A DNA stretch of 62,972 nucleotides, filler included, from Octopus bimaculoides (lineage: Eukaryota), in assembly GCF_001194135.2 (NCBI RefSeq). It is 6 parts of 6 records of this genome, joined end to end, with 100 filler letters (N's around TTAATTAATTAA, not from the genome) between each part and the next. Parts side by side here need not be neighbours in the genome. Positions count along the whole stretch, not along the records: positions 42,807 to 57,800 come from NC_068985.1; positions 57,901 to 59,494 come from NW_026405165.1; positions 59,595 to 61,129 come from NC_068987.1; positions 61,230 to 62,972 come from NC_069005.1; 2 more parts are not named here. The stretch is one strand, 5' to 3'. The position numbers and the translations under genes were made by a program. The number at the start of each line of letters is the position of its first letter. Position 1 is the stretch's first letter. The notes below the pieces were generated by a model that was not told the origin of the DNA, did no database searches, and worked only from the letters and a program-made list of their open reading frames with translations. This document shows, piece after piece, positions 52,039 to 62,911 of this stretch.

Positions 52039-52881
52039 CGAGGTCCTATCAATAAGTATCCGGACTGTTGCCATAGTAACGATGCTAAAATACGCAGAGT
52101 GAAGATGCTTTGTAAAAATTGACCTTGAACTCTGCTGTGCAAGTGCACTAAGTTTTAACGTTATAGCTCAATTCCGCTGTTTGCAGCAGTGCTTGGAAGG
52201 AAGGTGTGTAGCGTATGATCGTCGCACTGACCACGACAGAGAAAGTTGCCATGACGATACCTGCTCAGAGGCCTACGCAAAGTTGCAGAAAGTGTATGGA
52301 GAGGAGTGTATGAAAGGCACACATGTATACGAGTGGTTCAGACGTTTCCAAGATAGCTGAAAAAATGTCGATATTGAGGAAAGTTCTGAGAGACCTGCAA
52401 CCAGTAGAACTGAGGAAAGCATCGTAGATGTGCGTGGAGCTGTGAGGGTAAATCGTCGAATCACCATCTGTGAGTTATCAGAAGATGTGCAGATTAGTTA
52501 TGGTTCAGTTCAGTCCATTATTCCCAAAGATTTGGGTATGAGACGCGTGTCTGCCAAGTTTGTGCCAAAACTGCTTTCAGCTGAACAAAAAGCCACTCGA
52601 GTTTCAGTTGCACAAGATCTCCTTGACTGTGTCGAGAACGATGAAAACTTTTTGAAAACTTTGTGCAGGCCTCTGAGCAGGTATCGCCAAGGTTTTGGCA
52701 AAATATAATGCAGATTCACTGCTCAAATTACTCTGTTATGGTCAATGCGACGATCACACGCTACACACCTTCCTTCCAAGCACTGGTGTAAACAGGGGAA
52801 GTGAGCTAGAATTTTAAAACTTGGTGCTCATGCACAACAAAGTTTGAAGTCAATCTGTGCCAAGCAGCTTTACTCTACGTG
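52039..52881 (+). mobile_element. Mariner transposon remnant folded back on an inverted copy of its own 5' end
   Basis: TA followed by CGAGGTCCTATCAATAAGTATCCGGAC (TIR-like). Transposase ...KVYGEEC...VYEWFRRF...RPATSRT...RRITICEL...LGMRRVSAKFVPKLLSAEQK stops at ~52665. 52666-52881 is the reverse complement of ~52090-52275. Confidence 0.88.
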
Positions 52882-55029
52882 CTGTCAACAATCTACTTGA
52901 CTGGTATTTTATTTCATTCGACCCCAGAAAGACGAAAAGTAATGTTGACTTCGACGGTCGAAATTCCGTGAGACGTTTTGTCCGACGCTGTAATATTCTG
53001 CCACATATTTAATTTTGTAGCTTGTTTCATTTATACAACAACATCCCAATGTGGTGCCAAGACACAGCCGCACTATTCTGTCAGACAATTTAGCAGTGGG
53101 TGATGGTAAAGTCGTGTTCACATTTTGTTTAAATGAGGTATGCCATTTCCGTTTCAATTAAAATTGTGTCGATTATAGTTCTTGGCACAAATTCAAATCC
53201 AGATCGGTAGCTGCATTATCTTTGTACGAGAGAAATTAAATTATTCACTCCTAGGATTGGCTGATCCAAAAATAGATTCCTTTAATATTACAAAAGAAAG
53301 ACAATATTCTCGACTGTTTTTTATTTATTTATAGAAAACTACTTTGCTGTCTCGTATTGATAGAAAATCGCTCACAATTACATTAAATAACTCAATATAG
53401 TCCAATTTTCCCACGTCAGTTTTCTGTTTAAAAAATGGTGCTATTTCTTTTTCTTTGTCACACCTGACACATATGAATCTTTACATTCTGCAAATATGTA
53501 GCTTTCAAACGAATTCACTATTCTTACAATACAAAGCTTTCTAAACCAACCTTTGTGTGATTTCAAATTTGACATCATATGTAGCAAGAAATGTTTTATT
53601 TAAAAAAAAATTTAACGATTTGTATTTTGTATCTGTACCATTTTCACGTGTAAGTTATTTACTTCTGTGTTTAAATTGCTAGCAATCCTTTTCGTTTATA
53701 ATCTTGAGCTACATTTGTATTTTACTTTCAGTATCAATGATTCTAGCTTATAGACCTACAGGTCGTCAACTGTAAATGCGGAATGATAGAAAATAATTTC
53801 ACATCAGGCAAATACAATACCTGAATTCGTTACCTCCTCGGTGCAATTATACATTATATTCTCAATATATTTACGTAATGGTACAATGTTGACTGTCAGG
53901 TCGTAATAACTATAGCATCAATATAGCGTGGGTTAGGAGCACCTCTGTGGTTTAACTACAGATACTAACTTCACCGCGAAACTAAATATAGTTTTATTGA
54001 CTTACATTGATTAAACATAATTTGTCATTAATTCTTCAAAAGTAGAAAGGCTGGCTTGACGAAGGGCAGAGAAGGCAGAAACACATTCCACGACAATGAA
54101 CCAATGAAAGAGCCACTATATGGTCACCCAGCGTACTAGAAATAAGAGTACTCTTTCCATCAACTAACACTTTACCATCTTAATGTAGTTTTAGATAACG
54201 AAGGTTGGAATGCTTTTAATCGGTATTTTCAGTCAGAATCAATCTGAAGCTAAACAAAAAGAGTAAGAACAAAGAAACCAGCAATTGCAGCGAGAACACA
54301 AAAAGCAACAAAAGCCCCCAAAATATCAACAAGAATGCAACAAATAAATCATTAATAACAATAGAACCAAAAACAGCAACTGAACGCACAAACATTCCTC
54401 AACTTAAGTGTTATCCAGAAAGAGAAATGTGAGATGCTGGTATTGTAAAACTTAACAAAATATACACAAAAGAAGAAGGTATGTGAGATTCTCACACTCC
54501 AAAACAAAACAAGAAAATCAAACAAACAAAACAAAAACACAAACCTTCAACAAAGGCTAGAGCTTGTAACCAACAAGATTGAAAAGAGACATTCTGGAAT
54601 GGTGAACTGGGAATTTTAAGACTGAAAATAGAAAACAGAATTTAAAAGGATTTTCAGTGGCACCTGTAAAAATGAGGGTCTTTTTTTCTGTTGAACAAAT
54701 TATCCGTTTCTCGGGAAGTAGTTTAGTGGGTTCTGTTACATTTTGTACCTCTACTGCGTTCGATTTCGAAGCAAGTGTACTTGCTGAGCGACGTCAGGTT
54801 GGTCGGTCGGTCTTAGATCACGTTTTCCAGGACTTTGCACTTCTTTTCGGCAGCCAGGGGATGTAGAGTATACGCCATGTTTGGATGATCCAGCTAGAGT
54901 GGACGCGCAATTTTATTTTTAAAAAATGTCTGAATCTCGAGGTAAGAACGATCTTTTTGAAATCTGGTGATAGCTCAGTTGTCCGGGACGTGAAAAATGG
55001 TAAAGGTTATCTTCAGACAAGTGATCATT

Positions 55030-56275
55030 CAGACTGCGACCTGGAAAACTTCATCAGGAGTTCTTACAGCTCAAGACAAAATCTACAGACACGGCAAATC
55101 TGTTAGTATATGCAAGAAGCTTGATGAGTTATGAAATCGTCTCAACCCGCTTATTTAGTGTAGAAAAGCTGTTATTGTCGAGTGTGCCAAACAGCTGTTA
55201 TTCTATGTAAGGCGTTTTGTAATTTTGTCAAACAAGTTCTTCGTTGAGCACATTATTATGCTTATTTGTTAGCTGTTGGTAGTTGCAAATGACCAGTGCT
55301 TTTATTGGGTTAAATTCTACAATACCGGATTGTAGTAATTTGTACACTTTGTTATGTATATCATTAAATCAGTTGATGATGGATTCACTGATGATTCATT
55401 GCACTACTTTTATCACTTGTTAAATGTTGTAGATACTTCTTTTAAGCATATTGTTTTGCCGAATACGCCTAACTACGTGGATTAGTTTGCATTGTGGCTT
55501 TGCTAAGGAGTTGACCTTGTGGTCTCTCAGTATGATGTATGGGTGTCGTCTTGATAAATATTCTATTCTGTCCTGTAAAGTTGTTGTCAATTCCTGTTCT
55601 ACTCTGTTGATTGAACAGTAAACGTTGGAGATTACCTCTAAACCGCTTTGTTAAAATTGTTCCTAAAGAGTTTTTATGGGTGTCATTGTGTGTTACACAA
55701 AGATAATCGTTCTACTTTCTCTCAAAAAATGAATATTCGTTGTAATTAGTTGCCTAAGGTCCGGTTGCTGTGGAACCTAATCATATAAATATAAAACCTT
55801 GCGTATTTTTATCATGTTTAACATGTCTACTTTGAATTTTCTTTTCTGTTTTAACTACAAACGTACATGAAAATCAAATAGAAGCATTCTACGAAAAGAT
55901 CCAGATTACCATGTAAGATTGTTCAAGCCAAGAAATTCTTTTTCCTGTTGGAAACTTCACAGCCAAAGCAGGGAGAAAATCAACAAAAACGAAGGTATGC
56001 AGAAAATGTGGATTGGGAACGGGATACAATGGATAAGATACAAAGAGTATCGTGTGAACACCAGCTGGAAATTACTACAAAGAAGTCAAGAGCCACGTCA
56101 GCGATAAGACACCAGAGCCATTCAACAGGCAATGTCAAAGAATTACCTAAGAACAAATCACCAAGTTCAAATATATGGGTGCCACCATGGAACAACCAGG
56201 AATCGGAGACCAAGAAACGCGTTCATGGTTTCCGTCCCTCAGCATTGAGGATGGGAATAGACAAGGCAAGATGCG
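55030..56275 (+). mobile_element. Decayed, internally deleted RTE-clade LINE (EN N-terminus, EN middle, RT thumb), interrupted by a Penelope-like fragment
   Basis: ATW...YRHGK..ICKKL (55035-55135), TNVHENQIEAFYEKIQ...GNFTAKAG...CGLG (55855-56020; cf. YAPT...FY..LQ...GDFNAKVG...FGLG) and EQITKFKYMGATMEQPG (56148-56200; cf. V..FKYLGS). Confidence 0.68.
55170..55720 (-). mobile_element. Penelope-like element RT fragment (decayed)
   Basis: Minus strand reads LQDRIEYLSRRHPYIILRDHKVNSLAKPQCKLIH and IIN*FNDIHNK...QSGIVEFNP. These match the PLE RT motifs ITLKDHKxNFxxxPKCRLINP and VIxWF...FDIVEFYPSI. Confidence 0.75.
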
Positions 56276-57514
56276 TGTTAGTATATATATGCGTATATTT
56301 ATGTGTACATTCTATACATACATACATACATACATANNNNNNNNNNNNNNNNNNNNNNNNNNNNNNNNNNNNNNNNNNNNNNNNNNNNNNNNNNNNNNNN
56401 NNNNNNNNNNNNNNNNNNNNNNNNNNNNNNNNNNNNNNNNNNNNNNNNNNNNATATATATATAACACACACACAGGCGCGCACACACATATATAGAAGTA
56501 ATGTTTGTCGCCACTTCAACATAGCTCTTCCGCACGAACTGGCGTTACTACCATTTCTAACCCCTAGAGTTACTACTTTAATCTCTTATAGAGATGCTCA
56601 CACACTCGCACACATATAGATACGTATATATACAGAGGGAGAAAATGAGAGAAGAGAAGGAAGAAATAAGAGTGTATTTCCTTAGAACGCCTGAGTTATT
56701 AATATTTCAAATTTAAAGACCATACCATATCCTCCTAAAGGTACTATGCAACTTCAAATAATATGTAAGATAGAAAATAATATATATTTTCATCATCTTA
56801 CATTTACATTTGTTAACGTTTGAGGTTTCGTGCTATATAAATCAGTCTGTGCATTATAATGTTTGGATATATTTCAAGAATCAAAAATAAGAGTAAGATT
56901 TAAATAAGAAATAATGAAAGAATCAATTATTTCTTATCTTCTACTGTATTTGAAACTTTGAACTGACTGTTTGAGACATGACTTTTTTAAAACGAGAAAT
57001 TCTAGTAGTAAAACTATTTCAATATGCTCTGTCTCTATGTCTTCTACGAACCCTGTATTTGAACCCTGACTCATTAAGTAACCGTGACTTGACATCATTC
57101 TTCTGAGTTTTCCATTTCCAATTTACTCACGAAGAAAGGAAGCAAACACCTCAATGTAATGATCTGTTAAGTTCCGTTTTTGGATTATATATAGTATAAC
57201 TAATTTTAGTAATGACTAGTTAATTTTCACCTTACTCGCATTGGTGTGTTCGCACCCCCCACATCCCCCCACACTTACGTTTTTTGTGTTTGTTACGCAA
57301 GATTCCTGATGTGAAATCGTGTGTTAAAACAGTCATTATTATATTTCGGGAGGGTCTTTTCTTTCTTGAGAATGGACTAAATACAGCAGGAGGCGATACG
57401 TGGGATGGAGAGTCGCTGAAGAGATCACAAGTGTGTGACGAAAGATTTCCAGTTGGCAAGAAAAAAATGACCATCACAAAATATAACAATATAACAATAT
57501 AACAATATATATAT

Positions 57515-57712
57515 ATATGGGAGAATATACGAAAAAACAACAACAGACGAGGACAGGTGGTGTAAATAACAAAAGGATGTATTAGTATGACGCTCGGGAA
57601 TACGGAAAGTCTTTGACGTTTCGAGCTACGCTCTTCAACAGAAAGAATACGGAAACAAGGAGAAAAACACGGAGAAAAAAATTTGAATAGTGTCCAGTCA
57701 ACGGTCAATGAT
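57515..57712 (-). mobile_element. Small (TA)n-flanked element (Penelope pLTR-like) carrying a minimal hammerhead motif
   Basis: Bounded by (TA)n on both sides; contains TCTTT-CTGTTGA-A-GAGC-GTA-GCTC-GAA-ACGT-C-AAAGA on the minus strand. Confidence 0.55.
57610..57646 (-). ncRNA. Minimal hammerhead-ribozyme-like motif (A6U core variant)
   Basis: Helix I TCTTT/AAAGA, core CUGUUGA, extra A, helix II GAGC/GCTC, GAA, palindromic ACGU helix III, and a GUC cleavage triplet. Confidence 0.55.
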
Positions 57713-59203
57713 AATATATATATATGTAAGCATAAAACAGTGTCTGGAAAGCGCACAATGGAAGAGCGCACCTTTGATGTGAGTCCGACGAAGTGTCACT
57801 NNNNNNNNNNNNNNNNNNNNNNNNNNNNNNNNNNNNNNNNNNNNTTAATTAATTAANNNNNNNNNNNNNNNNNNNNNNNNNNNNNNNNNNNNNNNNNNNN
57901 ACCGGGAAACCGGGCCCATGAGCCTGGCTAGGCTTTGAAAGGGCGACGTTATCGTTATATTAAAGGAGACAATCTTAAAGAATTCTTTTCTTAATCTCCT
58001 AATTTCAAACAGGTCCTCAAACTATTCTCAGTATCGTTTTTAATATGGCTTCCATTTTATCATCAACTAAATTTTTTAAAAATCTATAATTTGATAATCC
58101 AATAATTTTTTTAATTAGTTTTAATTATTTAATTATTTTTCCATTAACTTTTCGATTTATATTCCTATATTTTGATGCGTTTATGTTATTATTACCCATA
58201 TCCTTATTTCCCGTTTATTTCTAATTAATTTTAATTTAATTCAAGTCTTTTTACCTTAGGTTATCACAACCATATTGCAATTATTTTAAATTTTACGTTT
58301 TAAATATTTAATTCTTTAAGGAAAACAATCTCTCCTAACTAAAGTATATTCCTTAGTAGATAATTGACAGGTAATTTTATTTGGAATTTCCATTAACTAT
58401 CCAGTCTTCTACTCAGAGCATTCATCTCACGTTAATACTGATTTAATCTCATTATATTGTGACCTAAATAATATATCTTACAAACTCCTTTAGATATTGT
58501 TACACTGCCACTCTATAACTGTTGAAATCAATAACAGTTTAACTGCGGTGAGAATGTTTGCCACATCATATTGTCTTCGCAAGTCTGCTGATAAACATAC
58601 CAAATCGTTCTTTTTGCCAAATATTGATAAGTTTAATAACATCTACCTTCTTTAATTGTTCTCTGTATTCTATTTCTAGCAGTGTGATACGGCTCTGGGG
58701 AGGATGTGTTGGTGCTAATTTCTATATTTCTGTAAAAGCCTAGTCGATCAAATAGGGATGGATTAGTATGCAGGTTTAATATACCACAGAATGGTGTAAT
58801 GTCAGTATATCTGAAACGCACGTAAGATGAATAAACATGTATAATTCTCCATTCTTTAGTGTTATATATAAAAGGAGAATACAAAGATATAAATGATGAA
58901 TAAAACTCACGATGAACTTTTTTAAGAATAAAGATTCAAAATGTCAGAACAAATTTGTTTCCGGGTGGCCTCTCTAGAATATGGAAGGGGAAATGACCTC
59001 GCTAGTCAATGTCAACAACGGTGATTGTCTCCCTTTGGCTATCGATCGCCAGTAACCCTGTCAACCGGTGGACTTCAATCGGCCAGTAGGGCTAAGAGCA
59101 CCGAGGCACCTACGGCGCTAGAAATATACACTTAACATCCTTCGAACACATCCGTAAATTTTTATGGTAAATACATATATGCTGACAAGCGGAATTAGCC
59201 GAG

Positions 59204-59290
59204 GTTGTGCTGTCCGAGCAGTCCTCACTGCCGATGTCTGTGGAATAGACGAAACTAGACGTCTAGTCTGGGGGATTTTCGAGTCGCAAC
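59204..59290 (+). ncRNA. Type-I hammerhead ribozyme candidate (A6C core variant)
   Basis: Helix I TCCTCA (59222-27)/TGGGGG (59269-74), core CTGCCGA (59228-34), extra T, helix II GTCTG/TAGAC, GAA, palindromic helix III ACTAGACGTCTAGT (59254-67) and C17 at 59268. Distal helix I GTTGTG/CGCAAC. Confidence 0.68.
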
Positions 59291-59621
59291 TAATGAAGGG
59301 TCGTTCCTTGTGTTGCTTGTCTTGTTTTTTCATTTGCTTCTTTCATTGCTTGCAAAAAAAAGCCCTTATTTCATGTCCTCGTATTTTACATTTTTTGTTG
59401 TTTATGTTTTCTGACGTCCTGTGCCCACATATGCATATGTATATACGTATACATGTAAGCATGTACGTATATGTATGTATATATGCATATATATNNNNNN
59501 NNNNNNNNNNNNNNNNNNNNNNNNNNNNNNNNNNNNNNTTAATTAATTAANNNNNNNNNNNNNNNNNNNNNNNNNNNNNNNNNNNNNNNNNNNNAAACAT
59601 AATAATAATAATAATAATAAT

Positions 59622-59657
<36 letters not shown>

Positions 59658-59658
<1 letters not shown>

Positions 59659-59858
59659 TTTTCTACTCAAGGCACAAGGCCCGAAATTTTGGGGAAGGAG
59701 GCCAGTTGATTACATCGACCCCAATATGCAACTAGTACTTAATTTATTGACCCCAAAATGATGAAACGCAAAGTCGACCTTGGCAGAATTTTAACTTAGA
59801 ACATAAAGACAGACAAAATACTGATAAACTTTTCACCCGGTGTGCTGATGTTTCTGCC
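59658..59858 (-). mobile_element. SINE family N (tail B), between (AAT)/(CAT) and (CAA) tracts
   Basis: Reverse-complement homology to 48471-48690. Confidence 0.82.
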
Positions 59859-59888
<30 letters not shown>

Positions 59889-59890
<2 letters not shown>

Positions 59891-60476
59891 ATGGAGGCAT
59901 GACCACGTTGTAAAAGTTTTACACTGAAAACTGTGCCAGAAATGGGGATTAGAGGATGGAAACACATGGTACAATCATTGCGTGAAAGTTTACTAGAGTC
60001 AGAGAAATGTAAGATTTTGTGAGACTTTCCAATTCAAACAGACAAGAAGTTAGAAAACAATAGACCTGATATTACAATCATAGAAAAGGAAAAGTGAAGT
60101 TGCTTACTTATTGACCCATCATGCTCATTTGATTCCAGGATTGTCACAAAAGAGGAAGAAAAACAAAAAAATACAATCCCCTAAAATTTGAAATAGGAAG
60201 AATTTGGAGCATGCAGACAGTAAAGGTCATGCCTATAATAATGGGTGTGTTTGGAACAGTAAGCCAAGATATAGACAAATGGCTGAGGGATATTGAAATA
60301 GAATACCCAGTAGAGCTCCTACAGAAAGTTTGTCTCTTAGGGAAAGCAAGGATTTTCAAGAGGGTCCTAAGCACTTGAAAGACTGCTGAAAACTTGTGGA
60401 TACCTAAGGTTACAGGTAGTAACCTGCTATCCACAAAATCCCCACCAGGAATAAGACCGAACCTAAGACAAACCAA
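59889..60476 (+). mobile_element. 5'-truncated R4/Dong-clade retrotransposon: restriction-like endonuclease domain and 3' UTR, (AAT)n tail at 60477-60493
   Basis: KWRHDHVVKVLH*KLCQKWG...KIL*DFPIQTDKKLENNRPDITII...LLIDPSC...KEEEKTKKY..LKFEI..IW....KVMPIIMGVFG...LLQKVCLLGKARIFKRVLST* (stop at 60376-78) contains the RHD, RPD and KE.EK..KY RLE motifs. Confidence 0.92.
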
Positions 60477-60493
60477 AATAATAATAATAATAA

Positions 60494-61024
60494 GCAGTAC
60501 CAGGCTTCTGACCTTAACTGATTGGAACCATTATCATGTACATGTTTTGTCTTGATATAAAAGATGGGCTACAGCAAATATTCTGCTCAATACCACAGAT
60601 TTACTTGTCACTTGTTTGACCTTAACCAGTTGGGCATGTCCCTTGGTGGCTGATGATATGTGCATCTCTGATCATGAGCAGAAGTAGTGGGGGAGCATCA
60701 TAGCCATGTGCTGAGAGGAATTCTTTAGGATTTGAATAATACACCTCTAGAAACTGGGTGGTTTGTTCAACATCTTTAAGCAACCCTTATTCAGAGATGT
60801 TTTGAGCAGGATGGGCTACTCGACCTGAAGAGAATTCTAACTGGGCCCCATTCCCAAGGTCACGCATTGCTTACCTTGATATTAAGTCACCATGTAACAC
60901 ACATATGGTTGTGATGCATGTGCCCAATGTACCCTAATCAGACAGGTAATCATGATGGGTGTATTGGGTTTTTGTATACTTGTACCCCAGTCTCACTTTG
61001 ATGGCATGCACAGCTCTCTCACTC
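60494..61024 (+). mobile_element. Full-length (AAT)n-flanked non-coding 'element X'
   Basis: About 530 bp with no tRNA head and no long ORF; (AAT)n on both sides; its ends match 246-378. Confidence 0.75.
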
Positions 61025-61059
<35 letters not shown>

Positions 61060-61067
61060 TAATAATG

Positions 61068-61129
<62 letters not shown>

Positions 61130-61288
61130 NNNNNNNNNNNNNNNNNNNNNNNNNNNNNNNNNNNNNNNNNNNNTTAATTAATTAANNNNNNNNNNNNNNN
61201 NNNNNNNNNNNNNNNNNNNNNNNNNNNNNAAACATATGTAGGAATAAAGTATGCAATTATAACATGCGTTTTCTCCAATCCTTAAATT

Positions 61289-61332
<44 letters not shown>

Positions 61333-61340
61333 CATACACA

Positions 61341-62911
61341 ACAAGACTCGGCAAATTTCCCACATACCAACTCGACCACCCACTCTCCTCCCCCTTACTA
61401 ACCGAGAACTCAACCACAAACTATCCAGGCTGAAACAGTCTATCTTCAACACCTTAAGGAAGGAATCGAAAATAATACCAAACTTAACCAAAGCGGTGCA
61501 TAAAACATTGATAAAATTTTAAAATAAATATCTTGTTTACTTGCCATGAGATAAAGGGAAAGAACTCTGCGTAATTTCTCGTGAAATATATGATAGACTA
61601 GCGACAGAAGGTTTAAACAATGACTGACTTATATTCGGAAGTGACAGATACAACCACGACCAGGATTGAGAACTGAATTAACACCGCATGGACAGACATT
61701 TGTAGATGGAGACAAATACAGGAACAACTTCATTACAAAGAACAGTAGATTGACCAGATTCTATCATCCCATTAAAACACACAAGGAGAACAACATGATC
61801 CAGATTAGACCCATCGTCTCCAGCGTAGAAGGACCCCTATATAAAATATCCTGGCTACTTTCTCTCCTCCTGAAACCCATACTCTCCACCTTCCCTGGAC
61901 ACGTCAAGAACTCTGACGAAGTCATCAAAAGATTGCGCCAACTCAGACAAAACAGATATTAGTCTCTACGGCGGTCGACTGCAGAGTTGCGTCTGACATT
62001 CACTGTTTCGGACTTACCACAGTTGATATACATCAGCTTTTATTCACCATCGTGGACCACACCTACTTCTCTTTCCATGACCACATATACATACAGACAG
62101 CAGGTCTCCCCATGGGATCCAGTCTCTCGGGCCTACTAGCCATCACCTATATGAACCATCTGGAATGTCGAGCACTCAACATTTGCCGCTCATGCGCCTT
62201 CTTCATCAGGTACGTAGATGACATCCTCATACTCACATGCTCCGGTGAAGAGGCTGACAGAATATTTACGACGTTCAACAACATAGACACGAACATAAAG
62301 TTCACTATAGAACATCCCGACAACACTGGATCACTGTCGCTACTTGACTTCCTACTGAAAATAACGGAAGAAGGAGAGATCAATACCGAGTTCTACAGGA
62401 AAGCAGCCAGTAGAGATATGTTTGTCAACTACAGTTCAGCTCATCCATTCGGTGCCAAATTAGGATATGCCAGAAATGAACTTGCACTCATCCAGAACAA
62501 ATGCAGTGGGACAGAAGACAAGGTGACCCACACTACACGTTTCCTAGCAATATTAATAACCAACGGGTACCCTATATCCATTTATAAATCGGCTTAAGTA
62601 TCCAAAACGAACAACACACCGAACACATAGAAAACCCAGCAACACATGCTTCCTTAAAATACCCCATTTTAGCGAGAGGATAACTACAGCCATCCGGAGA
62701 GCCATAAGAAGGGAAGGATTAGACATACAACTAGCCCACTCTGACCCCTTCTCTGAGAAGACACCTCGCAAGGAAATAGGCAAGGGGCAACAATCAATGC
62801 ACGCAAGCAAACTTTCCCATCCGTGTCACAGACTTATGCCAACGGGTAAATGTGTATAGAATACAATGTAACAAATGCAACAAGTTCTATGTGGGTAGCA
62901 CAAGAACGTTA
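61341..62911 (+). mobile_element. Penelope-like retroelement (RT + GIY-YIG endonuclease), broken by stops, frameshifts and a deletion
   Basis: DKGKELCVIS..Y, RFYHPIKTHK...IRPIVSSVEGPLYKIS, GLPMGSSLS, FIRYVDD, IKFTIE, LSLLDF, YRK...S.HP, L..NGYP, and VYRIQCNKCNKFYVGSTR (GIY-YIG with a CxxC insert). Truncated by (TA)n. Confidence 0.93.

Noticed and set aside
54560-55030. GC-richer stretch upstream of the RTE endonuclease, examined for an HDV-like ribozyme or a first exon (ATG TCT GAA TCT CGA G|GTAAGA)
   Set aside because: I could not draw an HDV nested double pseudoknot and found no downstream exon; it is probably LINE 5' sequence.
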